Shown in pieces: positions 36,701 through 49,740 of a stretch of DNA of 64,000 nucleotides. Positions within the stretch are counted from its first letter, which is position 1. Every line of letters begins with the position of its first letter. This DNA is from Phoronis australis. Taxonomy: Eukaryota; Animalia; Phoronida. The notes below the pieces were generated by a model. It was not told the origin of the DNA, searched no databases, and saw only the letters and a program-made list of their open reading frames with translations. A program made the position numbers and the translations under genes. Location of the stretch: NCBI GenBank assembly GCA_002633005.1, contig NMRA01000036.1:596713-660712 (forward strand). The letters are read 5' to 3'.

Positions 36701-39452
36701 TTAATTGCATTGCGCCTGAAATATTGTTCGCGTTTTGTACTTAAACAAAGTGGTTTCCCGTATTCGATTATTCGTTATTTGGGGTATGACAACGGTATTA
36801 ATTACAACCAAATTTCATTTGTTCTAAATGTCCAAGATGAAAACTCAAAATAATGTTACAGTTTTCTAAATTATTATTTTATGTCCACTTGATACAGCTT
36901 TTTTATTTTTTACGAAAATCGTAAAAACCCTATTTTTGGTAGCCCTCATTCTTAAGTGGGGCTTTCTAACAGTGGCTTGAAGAACAGACTGTATAAATCA
37001 TAGTATCTGAAACTTAAATATGAATATTTTTAGCTATTCCTCAGATATGATCTCCAAATATGGAATTTTTCTCTATGGTTCTACATAGCCTTAAGGAAAA
37101 AAGGAGGAGAACTGGTTTATTGCCTCTGAGGTACTACCTAAATCACAAAATATATTCCCTAGATCAGGCTGCTTAGCCATTCAAGATATGTGACAATGTT
37201 TCAAGTGACAGGAAACAACTTTCATTTCCAAATAGGCCATTAAATTCATAAGGAAATAAACTCTCAAATGGAGCTGTTTTGAAAGGACAAGCCTTGGGGC
37301 TCTCTTTTTGGCATAGAATGTAAGGATGTGCTAGTTTGATGGAGTATCTTGCCTCGTCAGTATTGTCTCGGCTGGTTCTTTGGCTGCGTGTCTCTTCAGT
37401 AGAAGTTGTGATGTGCCGGATAAGGTTTATTACAAACTAGATATTGTTCTGGATACCTATTGTTGGTCTGGATTTTGAATATGCGGCGACAGCTCTAGAA
37501 GCTGGGCGCCTTTTCAAGGTGGGCGCCCCAGCAGTTTTTGCTGGTTATGTTGATAACCAACGTCAACAATGATACAAGAATAATTTTGGATTTCAGTTCA
37601 GTCCAGTGCGTTGTAAAGAATGCAGGGGATGGACATGCACGATCGAAGTTTTGAAGAAGTGCGCGATGCCAGCAGATCTTTTTCTATCGGCTTATTTCCC
37701 ATGAGCCATGTAGAGACGAGTACAGACTACACCGCATACTTATAGTATAACATGCATTTGAATAGCCATTTTGTTAGATTACACAATGTAGGTTAATGAA
37801 TATACCAAACGAATAGGGTTAATTAAAAACGATCGAAGCCGTTTATTAATTACTCTTTTGGGGCCATCTAAAAATGGAATATAACGCCAGCTTGAGATAG
37901 GGTGCGCCATTTATGCACATGTTTTCGTCACAAAACAGCATAAAAGCGCCCTCTACCTCAATCTGGCGTCTTGCAATTTCCCCTGCGCTTCGGGTGGTTA
38001 CAACCATTGTCACCATTGCTACACGACGTTACGTTGAGAGTACGGTTTTTACGCTGTCTAGACAAATGTCAGTGAACCTTCAGTCTACTTCAATACTTTT
38101 TGAATCATCAAGAAAGGAAAGTTAGCAATGTTGAGACTGTTGAGAACACACGTGTTAGATGTGTTGAAAGTTATGTTGGGTGCCCTAAGTGGTCAGAAGC
38201 ATTGATTGCTAAATTTGAGATCCCCAGCCTGAACAGCCGAGACACTGAACAAGAACGCACCCTCAAAATTTTATGCTTAATATCTCGTGTCCGTACTGAA
38301 CAGGGGTATCTGCAAGTTTGTAGTTGTGCACACTTTTGTTGTTTAGATTTCTTTCTTAAGACGCCGACGGTAAATGTACGTTATATACTCATGTGTTGAT
38401 GTTCTCTTAAAATTTTTGCAATAAATATTGGGCAACTTTGTGCCTACACAAGAACGTATATAAGGACGTATATTACTCCGATCATATGAGAGGACTCTGA
38501 GGAATCTAGATTTCACAGAAGCCAGAATCGTGTTCAACAATTCTTACTGTCAATATACAGAAATTTTATCATAGTAAACAGCCTCCACTCGAAGTAGAGC
38601 AATTGGTTTTTTTCTCGTATGTACATGTAGGAATATCCAAACAACAGATTACATGAAATTCCGGTAAGTTCTCAACTTACCTGATATAGTATTCATTGCA
38701 TAGAACACTTTTAAAAAAACATCAAATTTTCCATCTTGCCTATCCTTTACATGCTGACAAAAGTTTAGGTCTAAAAATGACCAGACAATTAATACTACGG
38801 ACATGATTCTAAAACGGTTTAACAGGTGGTTTAAACGGTGTTGCCATTTAGAGACGACTTGTTCATATTGCTTATGTGGCGTATGTGTTGTTGGTGTTCT
38901 CTCCTGTTTTGGTCCTGAAGTCAAACAGAAATGTTATTGAGTTCCAAGTTCAAGGGGGTATTTCGCTACACTTAAAATGGAATTCTCAGCTGAAGCGCTT
39001 TGGGGTATAAAAACAATACAACTCTCATCAGATCTTGGAATGTTGTCGAATGAGCCGAAAACTCAAGTCGCAGGCAATGCACGCGTGGGTCATTTTCGCC
39101 AGTCATCCTCATGCAGTCTACCGTCTTTGTGATCAAATCACGTGACGTCCAGGTTCCATTCCTCACTCCCACAGCAAATTACATTGGCTCCTACACTTTG
39201 GTCGTTTTCAGTTCAACAAATACACTAGATTTTACTACAAAATCATTTCCTTCAGAAATGCTTGTAGCTCAGCTTACAAGCACCAATTTCAAATGTTTTC
39301 GTACTTAATGCAATGCCATGCTCACAATCTTTGACGAATGTCACATGTGACCCATACTGTACCACACAAGTGTCTTTACAATGTCATCAAGCGTTGTTGC
39401 ATTGTCACTCTCCCCGGTGTGAATAGTTATGGAAAAATGTGCATAGGATCTG

Positions 39453-39604
39453 CAGGGGCGGATTCAGGATTTTGAGTTGGGGGGCAGGGCAGAGTATTAG
39501 CCAAGACTTTGTCCGTCAGACATTCGCACCCCGAACTGCCAAATGTAATCTGGGAGAATTTTAGGGGGATCATGGCCCGTTGGGCCCCTCTAAATCCGCC
39601 ACTG
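39453..39604. mobile_element. MITE family A, copy 4 (5-bp TSD ATCTG)
   Basis: CAGGGGCGGATT...AATCCGCCACTG; ATCTG at 39448-39452 and 39605-39609. Confidence 0.88.
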
Positions 39605-40591
39605 ATCTGCTTTTAACAAAATCAAGACATTAACTGGGTATTTACAACGCATTATTATACACAAGTGTTGATGGCCTTTTTTATTTTCATGAGTTTGAAA
39701 AATTAAACACGTTCAAAAAAACGTGTAAGCCAAAGTGGGACTGTGAGTGTGACATCAATGCATAAATTTTGTAGTGTTTACATCCCTTGTTATTTTGATG
39801 TCATAACCATGTCATTTAGTAACATTCATTGTACTGTACAAATACCTTTACGATATCAGTTTTCATTCAGCGACTGGCTGGTGCTAGTCTCATCTTCTAT
39901 AGCAACAATCACAGCTTTGGGTAGTACTTTACTTCAACTATCCACAAATAATTAAGAACGTGACTTTGATCTCTTCACTGTCGACATCCTGTACTATACT
40001 TACCTCCAACTTCAGAATCCCTGTCTCGCAGATGGTGTTACACATTTGTTGATTTTCAAATACATATCTACCTACAAAAATGAAACGACACTTGTATCGA
40101 TTATACCACACTGAAAAACAGATTCTTATTGAAACAAGTACGTTTAAAACCCGCTACAGCGCTCATCGAATGGTGAGATCACAAACCCCAGCTTCACATT
40201 TGGCTAACGCTGACGACACCTCTCCGAAGGAGATCAACTTGACCCCACTGAATGCCGTACCTTTCCAAAGCAAGCACCGACGACACCATGACTGCCTATG
40301 CCTGAGCTTTCGGCAGTAAAATAGTATTCAGTTAAAATCACGTTTGACTAGTATTTCTCCGTCAGGTTTATTAAATATCACTTTGGTAATTTTTCTTTTG
40401 AACGCTTGTTTTTTGTCATCTTTGACTGTTTTTTTTTTCAAAACTCAACGGTTTGATCAAAAAGGGTCAATTTCACCAGAAATCAATAGCGTTCCTCAAC
40501 GTACAATCATATTCTGAAAGCTTGGTGTAAATCCGTGACTTCCTGTGAGAATCCGTGAGAGCCAAGCAGCGATCGACAAATTTCTGAGGAG

Positions 40592-40805
40592 CCAATGAAC
40601 CGAGCCGCCCGTTGACAGCCAGCTATAAAGTAAGTCGTAATAACTGCAGTGACTGATGAGGACTGGAGACTTGAGGGCTACCTAAACACCCATACACCTT
40701 TTCCCAGATATGAGGGGAGAGCCCTGGTGGGTGTCGCGAGAGTAGCAATTTCAAGGGAGTACTGACCTTTTTTGTTGCAAAAACAGTGATGTGTTGGAAG
40801 TAAGT
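40592..40805 (+). promoter_or_regulatory. Candidate Prdm8 core promoter and first exon
   Basis: CCAAT 40592-40596, TATAAAG 40624-40630, Inr-like GCAGT ~40646-40650 and consensus donor GTAAGT at 40800, 1.6 kb upstream of the first PR-domain exon. Motif spacing only. Confidence 0.4.
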
Positions 40806-41021
40806 GACGTCTGCCAGGCTGTGTTTAAGTTTCTACATGCATTAGCACGGAATTTTTGAGAATATATTCAAATAATAGTCTGAAATCGAAAACGTACACG
40901 ACGAGGACATATTCGTAATTTTAGTCAATCTTTCGATGTTACATAGCTTACTACTCCGGACTGTAGATTCGCTGAGCGCCCGAGATCACCATCCGAGGTC
41001 GTTACTGTTGAGACATGAAAA

Positions 41022-41074
41022 AACGATGTGATAACGATGTGATAACGATGTGATAACGATGTAATAACGATGAT
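41022..41074. repeat. 11-bp tandem repeat (AACGATGTGAT), ~4.5 copies
   Basis: Directly visible. Confidence 0.9.
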
Positions 41075-42377
41075 AAAAAGATAATAGGAAAACCATACAA
41101 GAGTTTGGATAGAACGTACTCTTGCGTTTCTCTGTCTTTTGGTAAACAGGGTGTTGGCTTAAAATCCCAAAAAACCGGTTGGGGAGTGGTTACCTACACG
41201 TTTCCAGTACCCCACATACCTATTCCGTCCGTATAACGGACAGTAAGTGACAAGTGCTGGGGGCATTTAAGCAACTTTAAGGCTAACAACGCAACGTTGG
41301 TTCTGACTCATTTTGAGACATGAGCTCACCGACTAAAGAACAATGCCCCGTATCGATATTAGCAAAGGTTTTGTGAGTGTGTGTGTTGTTTTTTTTTGAA
41401 AAACTGCACAAAGGCACGTAAAAAGGTAAGGAAAGTTTGAAACGACAAGACTTGTACTTGATTTTCAAGGAAAAAATGTGGACCACAACCAATTTTGTTT
41501 TTGGTCGACCTTATATGCTTTAGTCGTCGCCACTACTCCCGGGTCATAATCGTCTGACAAAAATTTGAATTAGGTGATGATCTTTGTTTACAATTTGTAA
41601 ACTAAACCGACTATAAAATCATTTTTTTCAAGAAGTGATTTGTTTAGACCACTTGCAGCTATAAAATTAGTTCGAATGTTTTGGTTACTCAACACATATT
41701 CTCCTTCATGTTGTCAATGTTTTATGGACTAACATCCAAGCAAAGGATTTACCCGATCGTTTTGCAGCAGTGTGAGGAAACTCACCTGATTCACAGTCTA
41801 GTGACCAAGGACAGGGAAAGATCGTGCATTAGTTATAATTTGCTCCACTCTTTCGAAATCATTTAAATGTATGCATTAAGCGTCTTCAAATGGTTTGCGC
41901 GTACTTTTATTATGCACAGTAGTCCATGCATCGATATCATTGAAAATTGCTGTTTTGGATCCCGTTTTGTGAAGAACTTTCGCCGCCGCGGAGTTAACTG
42001 CATAGCCTACTGTACAATAACGAGGAGTTCAGTGCCAGTTATTGAATGCATATGCAGTCAAAATGTTTAATGTGTGACTGTAAACTAAAGCGAATATAAA
42101 ATCTCTTCTACCAAGAAGTGATTTTTATAGACCACTCACAGCTATAAACTTAGTTTGAACATTTTTGTTACTCAACTGAGAAGTAATTTCTGGGTTTTCA
42201 AAGAAGTGACATCCGGAGTACAACCATTAGACCCTGTTCACCAGCAAAATTTAACGCACTGGAACAGTTTGAGGTCAATTTCACAGCGGAAAGCGTCCAA
42301 AATTATAAGTTGGTTTTTGTGATGGAAGACGTGTTTAATTGTATGCATGAACACTAACGCTAGATTTACATTATCAG

Positions 42378-42521
42378 GCGACTTGTGCTATGGGTGTGTT
42401 GACGACGTGTGACGTAGCTGAGGGTCGATGCTTTGGCCCCCTTCCTAGTACACTAAGCAGTGTTTACTTCATAGCTCAGGCGGTACTGAGACAGCAACCC
42501 CCAGATGTACCCATGATGAAG
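42378..42521 (+). CDS. PRDM8: PR domain zinc finger protein 8-like, exon encoding the N-terminal half of the PR/SET domain (first in-frame ATG at 42390)
   Basis: GVLTTCDVAEGRCFGP...YFIA resembles PRDM8 SVYTTCDIPENAIFGP...AFIA; branch point CACTAAC (42352), acceptor TTATCAG, donor AAG|GTAGGT, phase 0. Confidence 0.85.
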
Positions 42522-42879
42522 GTAGGTGTGAGGTCGTGTGGCGACAGCCAAAAATTCCCGAAATGTTCTTCAGTTCGAGACTAATAGAAAATGGAAAATG
42601 TCAGTAAGAGGTTTTATGAGCAATCTTAAAAAATGTCGAGATTTGGTTTAACTTTGGAACATCATAGACATATTATGAGACTTCGTCCTGAATATTTATA
42701 TCAGAAGAAACTTAGCCGTTTATAAGCTAGGAACAAATCTTGTCTTTTTACTAAATTTTAGTAAAGAAAAGTTTCCAAGACGCAGTCAATGGCAGATTTG
42801 TCTGAAATCCAAACTTAAATTCTAAACGCTTTCTATTTTCGTAAAAAATATATTTATACATTTGTAATTCATATATCTC

Positions 42880-43835
42880 AATGTACAAACTTGTTGTTAA
42901 TGTTACGTATAACTTTGAAATATCGAAGAAGATGTTTCAAAATCAATAAAGTTTTTTATCGCATGATTGAGGTGTTTTCTAACATAAGTGAAAATGCTTT
43001 ACCTATCAGTGAAAATATTTTAGAACATAGGTAAAGATGGTTTCAAGCCCTTAAGTAAAGTTGCTTTGAAAATATTAGTAAATATGATTAAGAACATTAC
43101 GAAAATATGGCTTAAACTCTCAGAGATGTTTTAGAACATAAATCACGATGATTTAAAATATTGGTGTAAAGCTGTTTGATAACAGTAAAATGCTTTGAAA
43201 TACTAGACAAAAGTGAAGATGTTTAAGGACATAGTCAAACATCATAGAATAAAAATCCCTCTTACCACTACTTCTTGTACTGCTGTTGCTGCTGGTGTTG
43301 CTGCTGCTGCTTCTGCTATTACTACTACCACCACCACCACCAGTACTACTACTGCTATTAATGCCACCACCACCACCACTACTACTACCACCACCACCAC
43401 CACTACTGCTACTACCACNNNNNNNNNNNNNNNNNNNNNNNNNNNNNNNNNNNNNNNNNNNNNNNNNNNNNNNNNNNNNNNNNNNNNNNNNNNNNNNNNN
43501 NNNNNNNNNNNNNNNNNNNNNNNNNNNNNNNNNNNNNNNNNNNNNNNNNNNNNNNNNNNNNNNNNNNNNNNNNNNNNNNNNNNNNNNNNNNNNNNNNNNN
43601 NNNNNNNNNNNNNNNNNNNNNNNNNNNNNNNNNNNNNACCACCACCACCACCACCACCACTACTACTACTACTTCTATTGTTTCTATTGCTACTACTCCC
43701 ATATCACCACTATTACCATTACAACAACTATTGTTACTGTTGCTACTCCTGCTACTGCTACTTATATTACTATTACTACTACCACTGTTACTTCCACCGC
43801 TGCTACCCCAACCACTACCACTACCACAATACCAG
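42880..43835. repeat. Intronic low-complexity region: degenerate AT-rich repeat, then (ACT/ACC)n microsatellite spanning an N gap
   Basis: Directly visible; it explains the spurious poly-T/P/L ORFs at 43213-43879. Confidence 0.85.
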
Positions 43836-43853
43836 CTGATGTCTTTTCTACAG

Positions 43854-44073
43854 ATTGACATGGCGCCACAAGACGGCAAAGAATTTTGGCTTCCGTTTGT
43901 CAGACCTGCACTCTTCGAGCAAGAACAAAACTTAGAGCTTTGCCTTGCACAAGGCGGCCTCTATTACCGTGCACAACAAGACATTGCGGCTGGGACGGAA
44001 CTTCTCGTCTGGTATTCGCCTCAGCTAAAGCAAGCTATTGGACTCGCACCCGTAAATGAGAAGGAACGAAAGG
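43854..44073 (+). CDS. PRDM8: PRDM8-like exon, C-terminal half of the PR/SET domain
   Basis: IDMAPQDGKEFWLPFVRPALFEQEQNLELCLAQGGLYYRAQQDIAAGTELLVWY; TTTTCTACAG acceptor (phase 0), G|GTAACT donor (phase 1). Confidence 0.93.
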
Positions 44074-45600
44074 GTAACTAAGGAACGCGGAGACTTTAAT
44101 TGATTTGCTAGAAATTTGCTAGAATATTTCATCTGATGCAACCTAGCTTGATAGGAAAGGACAAGCTGTCTGAGGGTGGTAGCAACATAACGTGTGCACA
44201 TGAGCACACATCTTCAAGAACTGAAATAAAAACGAGGCCTCGTCTTTGTACCGGTTGGGGGGAATTTAGGACCGCTTAAGAAATATTTTCCAGATCCAGG
44301 GGCAGAGAACTATTTTTTACTCGATATCGAACTCGAAACTTTGTCTAACATTTTTCGTTCTTATTTGGTGCGAGCTCATTATAATTGTCATTTATTCTGT
44401 ACTCCAATATATTATGGTTTACGTGGATAACTGTGTAATCCTACTTTACACTTGATGACCCCAGCATTAAAGGTATAAGTTCGAGTCTGAACTCGAAATC
44501 TCAAGTTTTTACTCGGGTTTGTTGCTCGAACCTAGTGGTCGTCGAGTGCAAATTTGAACTATACATTGGTTTGTGTAATTCATTAATACTGAAGCACAGA
44601 ATAATAGGTAATTATCTTGGGTTTGTATTAAAAGAGAACGATTTAGGTTCGATTAAGGGTAGTAAGAGTAGTCCTCGGCCCCTGGGCCAGAAATACTTTT
44701 TGGGTTTCGGGACAATTTTGTCAGGTTCTTCATTCTTTTGCATTCTACATCCACAGGAAGTCGGGCACTTTTGACAAGTGTGTTATTTCCAGAGCAATTT
44801 CGTTCAGAGTTTCAAGTTTTAGGACAAATGAAATGCGAGTAATCGTGATTTTGAAATTGGCGCGCTTTTTAGGTCAACTTGCGCCATTTTGATGTGACGC
44901 TGTTTGAACAAAAATAGTCGGTGATCTTCTATTTTCCCTTTTTCTTAGCATTTCATACAAAATGCAACGGAGATCAAAGTAAAATACAAAAGATACAAAT
45001 ACAACTCTTTGGGCAGAAGACAACACGCTAAATTTTGAGCAACCCAAAATTCAGAGAAAATGTTTACTAGTGCGCCAAGGTAAGAAAATCAGTAAACCGA
45101 AAAATATAATTAAAGTCGTCAAAATATAAAACTGACATTCGGCAACGGAAGTAACACATTCTCAAAAGGAGTTCATTCATTAATTTAATTACAGTCGGCT
45201 TTTAAAGTAAATTTCACATCTTGCCTTCCAGGTGCTTGTGGTTAGGAGTCTGTTACCCCCACATTTTTGGCAACTTTGTAGTAGGCAAAGATCAGCATAC
45301 AAAATATATGTATGTTGACAACATTGTTATTCTGTTAATAATACAGCTCTCACCGGTAAATTACACTAGCCTTTTTCACGAGTCGTCGCACGAAACATGA
45401 CGTCACAGCCCGTATAAATCTACCATTTTGTGAAAGTCTCGGTCCCATTGTAAACTACCTATCCCGATCTTTAAAACACTTTACGATGTGAAGCATTTAA
45501 CATTTTTTCTCCCATCACGGGCAGAGTTTTAACATTTAATTACGTAGCTGTCTATTTGAGTTGGCTACTTACAACGTTGACATTGCTCTTATTTTTTCAG

Positions 45601-46445
45601 ATAAAGCGTTCGTCTGCCCGTATTGCAAACAAGAGTACGATTACCCAAACCCAATGACGGCGCACGTGCTTTTGCAATGTCAACTATACGCCAACACTTT
45701 GCCCGGAAAGAACCAACGGGCAGCAGACGAGTTAGAAAAGCGGGCGAATGGATTCTGCGTTAAACATGAATACGGGAACATTAAAAGAAAGTTTTGTGAA
45801 CGAGATCCAGAAATGAATGGATATATGAAGCGTTTACCCACACACAGGACTGACAAAGACAAAACCGAATTTGGAGGAAGCGCATTTAGGAAAATTGAAA
45901 AATCATCCACTCCACCCCTCACTACATCGGAAAGTTGCCCGAATTCCATTGTTTACCAGCCCGTCATGTCGTACGCTTCCGCTTTCCTTTACAGGCGATT
46001 ATGTGATGGACCACAGACGTCATACTTTCAAATGCTGAACTTCTCAAATAAAGAACCTTGTTCTTTCGATGGATCCACGCCAAGTCGAAAGGTGAGGCAT
46101 AGCATGTCTCCACCACAACACTTCTCTCCTCACTCTGATGTATCCCTTGCTTCACCGACATCTAAACTTGGCAGCCCTGTATCCGCACTGTTAGACACTT
46201 CTCTTATGTTGCTCTCACCTCCCGCCAACACGAGCCACGTGGCAAATCTGGCTCAGAACTGGTGTGCCAAGTGCAATGCCTCCTTTCGGATGACAAGTGA
46301 CTTAGTATATCACATGAGATCCCACCACAAAAGAGATTGCGACGTTGGAAAAAAACGTAGGGATGAAAAACTAAGTTGCGCAATATGTAATGAGCGATTC
46401 AGAGAACGCCATCATCTGACGCGCCACATGACATCACATGACTGA
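45601..46445 (+). CDS. PRDM8: PRDM8-like terminal coding exon: one C2HC finger, SAF motifs and two C-terminal C2H2 fingers
   Basis: Phase-1 acceptor TTTTTTCAG is compatible with the previous exon; CPYC...AHVLLQC; AQNWCAKCNASFRMTSDLVYHMRSHHK and KLSCAICNERFRERHHLTRHMTSH are diagnostic of PRDM8/ZNF488. The spliced product is ~398 aa from ATG 42390. Confidence 0.96.
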
Positions 46446-46943
46446 CCGATCGGCTTTTGAATGCTTAGGTACGTTCCGCAGGTTGAGTTGCGAGTTAACA
46501 AGCGTGCACTAAGTAGCAAAATGGCTGTCACTGAAGTGATTTTTTCGGCTAGGATGGAATGTTGAGTGGCATTTCAGTTTTGTTAGTGAAACATGTGCTG
46601 CACACCATGCCCAAGAAAATACCTGTTCACACAAACAGTGTTTTGAAAATGTGTAATACTTTGACGAATTGCTACTGATTATGTACTAAGGTTTTTTGTG
46701 GTAGGCATGGCATCGTTGGACTTTCTTCGTGTATTTCAAAGTAGCTAGTCAACAGATCCAGAGATTTGAAAGCATTAGTTAAAACTAGTCTGTTAAATTA
46801 CTGGGTGACCATTCACATGGAATACGGTGCCCTGTTCCTCGCAGTACAATGACAATAAGCCTATTACAATGTTAGAAGAGTCGGAGTCACAGCCTTTTCA
46901 CAGGTCCTCACAACCTTTGTTTTACAAAACAAGTCAATGCTTG

Positions 46944-47028
46944 CATGGACGGCGCACCATAGGAGACTGGGGGCCCGGGGAGGGCGCGGCTACAGCCTCG
47001 CACTTTTTTCAGTGCTGCGCCGCCCATG
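46944..47028. mobile_element. ~85-bp MITE (inverted second copy at ~49466-49534)
   Basis: TIR CATGGACGGCGCA / TGCGCCGCCCATG; GCACCATAGG and CACTTTTTTCAGTGCTGCGC recur inverted at 49470-49534. Confidence 0.7.
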
Positions 47029-47490
47029 TGGTGTACTGGCAAACAGTAAGTCGTTGCAAAACACTGATCAAATACTGTTGGCGACAAATGCAGTTTGGTG
47101 GTAAGCATACTTACTACAACTGCAGCAACCTGCGAAAAACAGCGATTGCGATTATTACTACATTATGTTGACGGAAGACACTCTCGGAAAACTAAAAGCA
47201 AAACCACCAAGGTCATTCAAAAACCTGCAAGTGAAAGGGAAGTGCTTCGCAAGTACGCTCGGTCGAGTCGATTAGCAAAATGACGGCAACTGAAGTGATT
47301 GCTCGGCTAGACTGGAATTTTGACTTAAGAGATAGAAGTCTCTATTTTCGTTCCATAGCTGAGGATTTCTGAAAGACGAAATAGTTCCAGCTTACGTCGC
47401 ACGTCGTAGGCTGGTGTATTAATTCAAGTTTTAATTCACAACACATGAGACAAATATGGCACGCCCATCGTCATTTTGCGACGACTCAGT

Positions 47491-47705
47491 TACAGCACAC
47501 ATCACGAATTTTTGTCCGACCGGTCGGAAATTGGTCGATGACCGGCCGTCGACCAGTCGGCAAATTAGCCGGCCGGTCGGCTAAAAATTAGCCGACCGTC
47601 AGCCGGCCGCAGTGACGACTCATAAGGCGACTCCCCAGCCGACCCTTCAGCTGACCCTTCAGCCGACCGGCCATCAGCCAACCAGCTGGTCGGCTGCTAT
47701 TTTTA
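47491..47705. repeat. GC-rich dispersed repeat with many CCGAC/GTCGG motifs (inverted copies at 54940-55112 and 61660-61817)
   Basis: All three share the terminus CAGCACACATCACGAATTTTTGTCC. Confidence 0.8.
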
Positions 47706-49740
47706 GGCTAGAGTAGCAGTCGCGTAATAGGTTGTCAGGCTCATACCACTTTGCGTGTCGATGCATATTCGTCTTAGCACAGAGTCAAATAAATTAATCT
47801 AGTTTAACTGTCTCTGTCATATGAGTTCACATCGGTTGTGTAACACCACTAATTCGAAGGTTGAAGGCAAGCGGTAATACCATGCATTGAATTATGGATA
47901 ATGCAACAAGTTTTGGATAAAAAACGTGAAAGTTTTCTTTATATTTGATCTTTAATTTGACTCGTGACGTTAACAAGCTGCATTACATTGGCTGCTTCCC
48001 GGTCAATAAGACACCGTAGTCATTTTGTAAACGCAGCCATTTTTGACAGTTTTCGCCCACAATTGTTTTTTGTTTGTGTTACGCGGAACTACATTTTTGC
48101 GTTTTTAAAATTCTCCACGGGTCTCCTATCACGTGCCCGTGATGATAGTGAGTGAGTTGTTACACCGAAGAGCTCTCATATGATTAACCCTTGCAGTACA
48201 GACGCGAACTTCACGGTCCAGTATGCCCTAAACCCACGGACTTCGATGGCTCTAACTTCGAAATCATCCGTATGTCCACAAAAGTGCTTTGAGCAGTGTG
48301 AACAAATCTGTTCATTTCGCTTTTCTTCGCTGACGAATACGGACAACACGGTGTTTTAAAAAAGTCCATTTTGAGGGCATTTTCAAAAATTAATACGTTT
48401 GGTTGATGCATTCAGAGAGTCGGTTCCCACGTCGTAGCATTTCGGGCCTGGTCTGAGAAGTCTTATAGGGGCTCATTAAGTCCTTATCAGCTGAAGCAAT
48501 CTAATTAAAACTTCACGGTGCATCAGCCAGTGAGGCCTGCTATGCATAGCTAATGATGACCTTTGCTCCAAGCAGGGAACTATTTTCAAACTAAAGCCAG
48601 CATCTCAAATTGCATTAGTATTTTGACTTGAGCCGCAGACTCTGAATTGTCCAATTCTGTTAAAATTTAATTTTGACTACCGCAAATTTTCCAATTTTTA
48701 AACCATTGCTTACAAGTTACAGTTCCTGGGAAACACGAACACTTTGTTTAAGTTTGAGATTGCAAGCGGCAATAATTTTGGGCAGATTAAAAATCTTTGA
48801 ACTTGCCTATAATGTCGTACGCTTGCATTAAAAACCGACAAAGTCTTTTGAAGCTCTTATGTAAACACAACAATTTTCGATTGATATAGAGCCCTCAATA
48901 ACGGCTCATTCATTCTTTTTGACACTTGTAACAACAAGCGCGAATGCCAGTTTGGAAAATACTATTGTTTCCTTCAAAGTCTGGTGGTATGATTAGTCAG
49001 TGATACAACATTTTAGCAATTTAGTCCTGATAAAGTAGTATGTTATTTAAAAATACTTTCAACACCTCCGTCATAAAAACGTTTGGATTTCGCTGCAATA
49101 TTGTTCATTTAAAAATACTCGTTCCGCGTGCAGCTTTATGAGAGACATTGTGATAATTCTGATCATTGGTAATTTTACTCTTAACACAAATATACCATGC
49201 TTACTGCTTCAAAATGTTCAATACATTAACATTTCTCTTACCCCTCGCAAAATCCGTGAATAACTCTGAACTTTAATACAAGTGGCAATGCAAAAGAAAC
49301 TCGAAAATTAAGCAAATGAATACCGCAAATAAGAGACTTTCAGGCTATTACACTGTTTTATGATTAAAACGCCAAACTTTTCAATATGATCCGTCACTAC
49401 ACCACAACCACGCAACCACACGTTGATATAGCGCTACTACTGTGTTATGATTATTGTAGCCAACACATTAGCTGCGCAGCACTGAAAAAAGTGGGGTGCT
49501 ATAGGCCCCAGCTCCCTATGGTGCACCGCCCATGTAACACGCATATATTTATAGTAAAAACAAAATACCTGCAACTTCAAACAAACGTCTTATATATTAA
49601 ACCAGTAATGATAATACATACAACATCAGAAAATCAATGCTTTGGGTCTTCCCCAGATTTCAAAAACGGTTGTGTCCATAACTTACTACAAAAATATGTT
49701 AAATAGTTACTATTCACTATCTAGCAACAATACTCTTTAT

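Noticed and set aside
43213-43879. Long Thr/Pro/Leu-rich ORFs
   Set aside because: Translations of an intronic trinucleotide microsatellite and an N gap.
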